This document shows positions 63,401-64,000 of a stretch of DNA of 64,000 nucleotides, piece after piece. The DNA comes from Azolla caroliniana (Eukaryota > Plantae > Polypodiophyta). The DNA is taken from contig JBHGNT010000013.1 in NCBI GenBank assembly GCA_043228905.1, positions 18,042,001 through 18,106,000 of the forward strand. Direction: 5' to 3'. The notes under the pieces are model-generated. The model ran no database searches. It saw only the letters and a program-made list of their open reading frames with translations, and was not told the DNA's origin. The translations under genes were made by a program, and so were the position numbers. The first letter of the stretch is position 1. Each line of letters begins with the position of its first letter.

Positions 63401-64000
63401 GTTTGTAACACTCGACTCGTTTCTGCATCTTCTTTCTTTTTCGTTTTCCTTGTTTCATGTCTTTTTGATGGGCCTTGCTCTTCTATTCTTTTTCTCTTTT
63501 CTTCAACGAACACCTCGTGGTTGTCGCACATCACTTTCGCGAGTATGGTGTTGTCATCCACAGGATCAGACCATCCGGTTATGCTTTGCATACTTCAGTC
63601 TGCAAGCTCTACCTTGTTCGAAGTGACCTTTCCCTTGTTCTCATACTTGAGAATGGTAGACCAAAACTTTGCTCCCGCTTTCCCAACTTCAGTTTTTTCT
63701 TTCCTGACTCTTATTTCGGCCAACGCAGCATAGTGCATCCCATCCACATGAGTCACCTCGGCATCCTCCATAGCTTTCTTCATTCCCCCTCTTCCGAAAT
63801 TCACTTGTAGGTCTTCTAGTCTCACTCAAGTAGATCATGTTTCCATCCATGTATACGATATTTTGTCGAATGGCATCTCGAAGGCTCGCACAATCCCTTC
63901 TCATGTGGTCCATGCTATCGCACCACACGCATCTAAAGGGCTCTTTTCCTTTGGGTTCCCGACAATTCATGTTGGCTAGTGTGACCATCTCGAACTTCTT
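57461..64000 (-). mobile_element. Ty3/gypsy element C (3' LTR 57461-58240; gag-pol runs off the window), inserted in related element B
   Basis: LTR termini TGTCGTGAAGAT...ATCTTCATGACA, PPT-like GGTGGGGG at 58245-58252, integrase (59959-60570, 58412-58739), RNase H, RT (LPRGATNSV, FLDD) and gag knuckle CVWCDSMDHMRRDC. Confidence 0.92.
58740..59781. mobile_element. Solo LTR inserted in the integrase region of element C
   Basis: TGTCGTGA...TCACGACA termini with 4-bp TSD CCGT. Removing it restores LLAAR|IRQLERR. Confidence 0.9.

Overview
Repeat-dense nuclear DNA from a non-seed land plant (inferred from the retroelement lineages, spliceosomal introns and a plastid atpB-atpE insertion that retains apparent unedited codons). 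There is one intact host gene, a two-exon L-gulonolactone-oxidase-like FAD oxidoreductase (34147-36111, -). The rest is mostly nested mobile DNA with resolvable termini and target-site duplications (TSDs): a full-length Ty1/copia, a full-length Ty3/gypsy with an extra 3' coiled-coil ORF, two further gypsy bodies, solo LTRs, a non-autonomous LTR element, a hAT element carrying a 5'-truncated LINE, MITEs, and a 6.3-kb TIR element carrying a SMAP1/CSN9-like ORF. Most notable are two diverged, decayed, intron-containing copies of a prokaryote-type beta-class DNA amino-methyltransferase (N6-A/N4-C; DIPY...WxK...KP...GTT...GLEK). Once a copia insertion is removed, one copy sits head-to-head with a Sola-like (DUF7869-type) DDD transposase, which suggests a methyltransferase-carrying DNA transposon. 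Also notable is an apparent Tf1-style 11-nt self-priming signal in the non-autonomous LTR element. All calls are by eye, without database searches.
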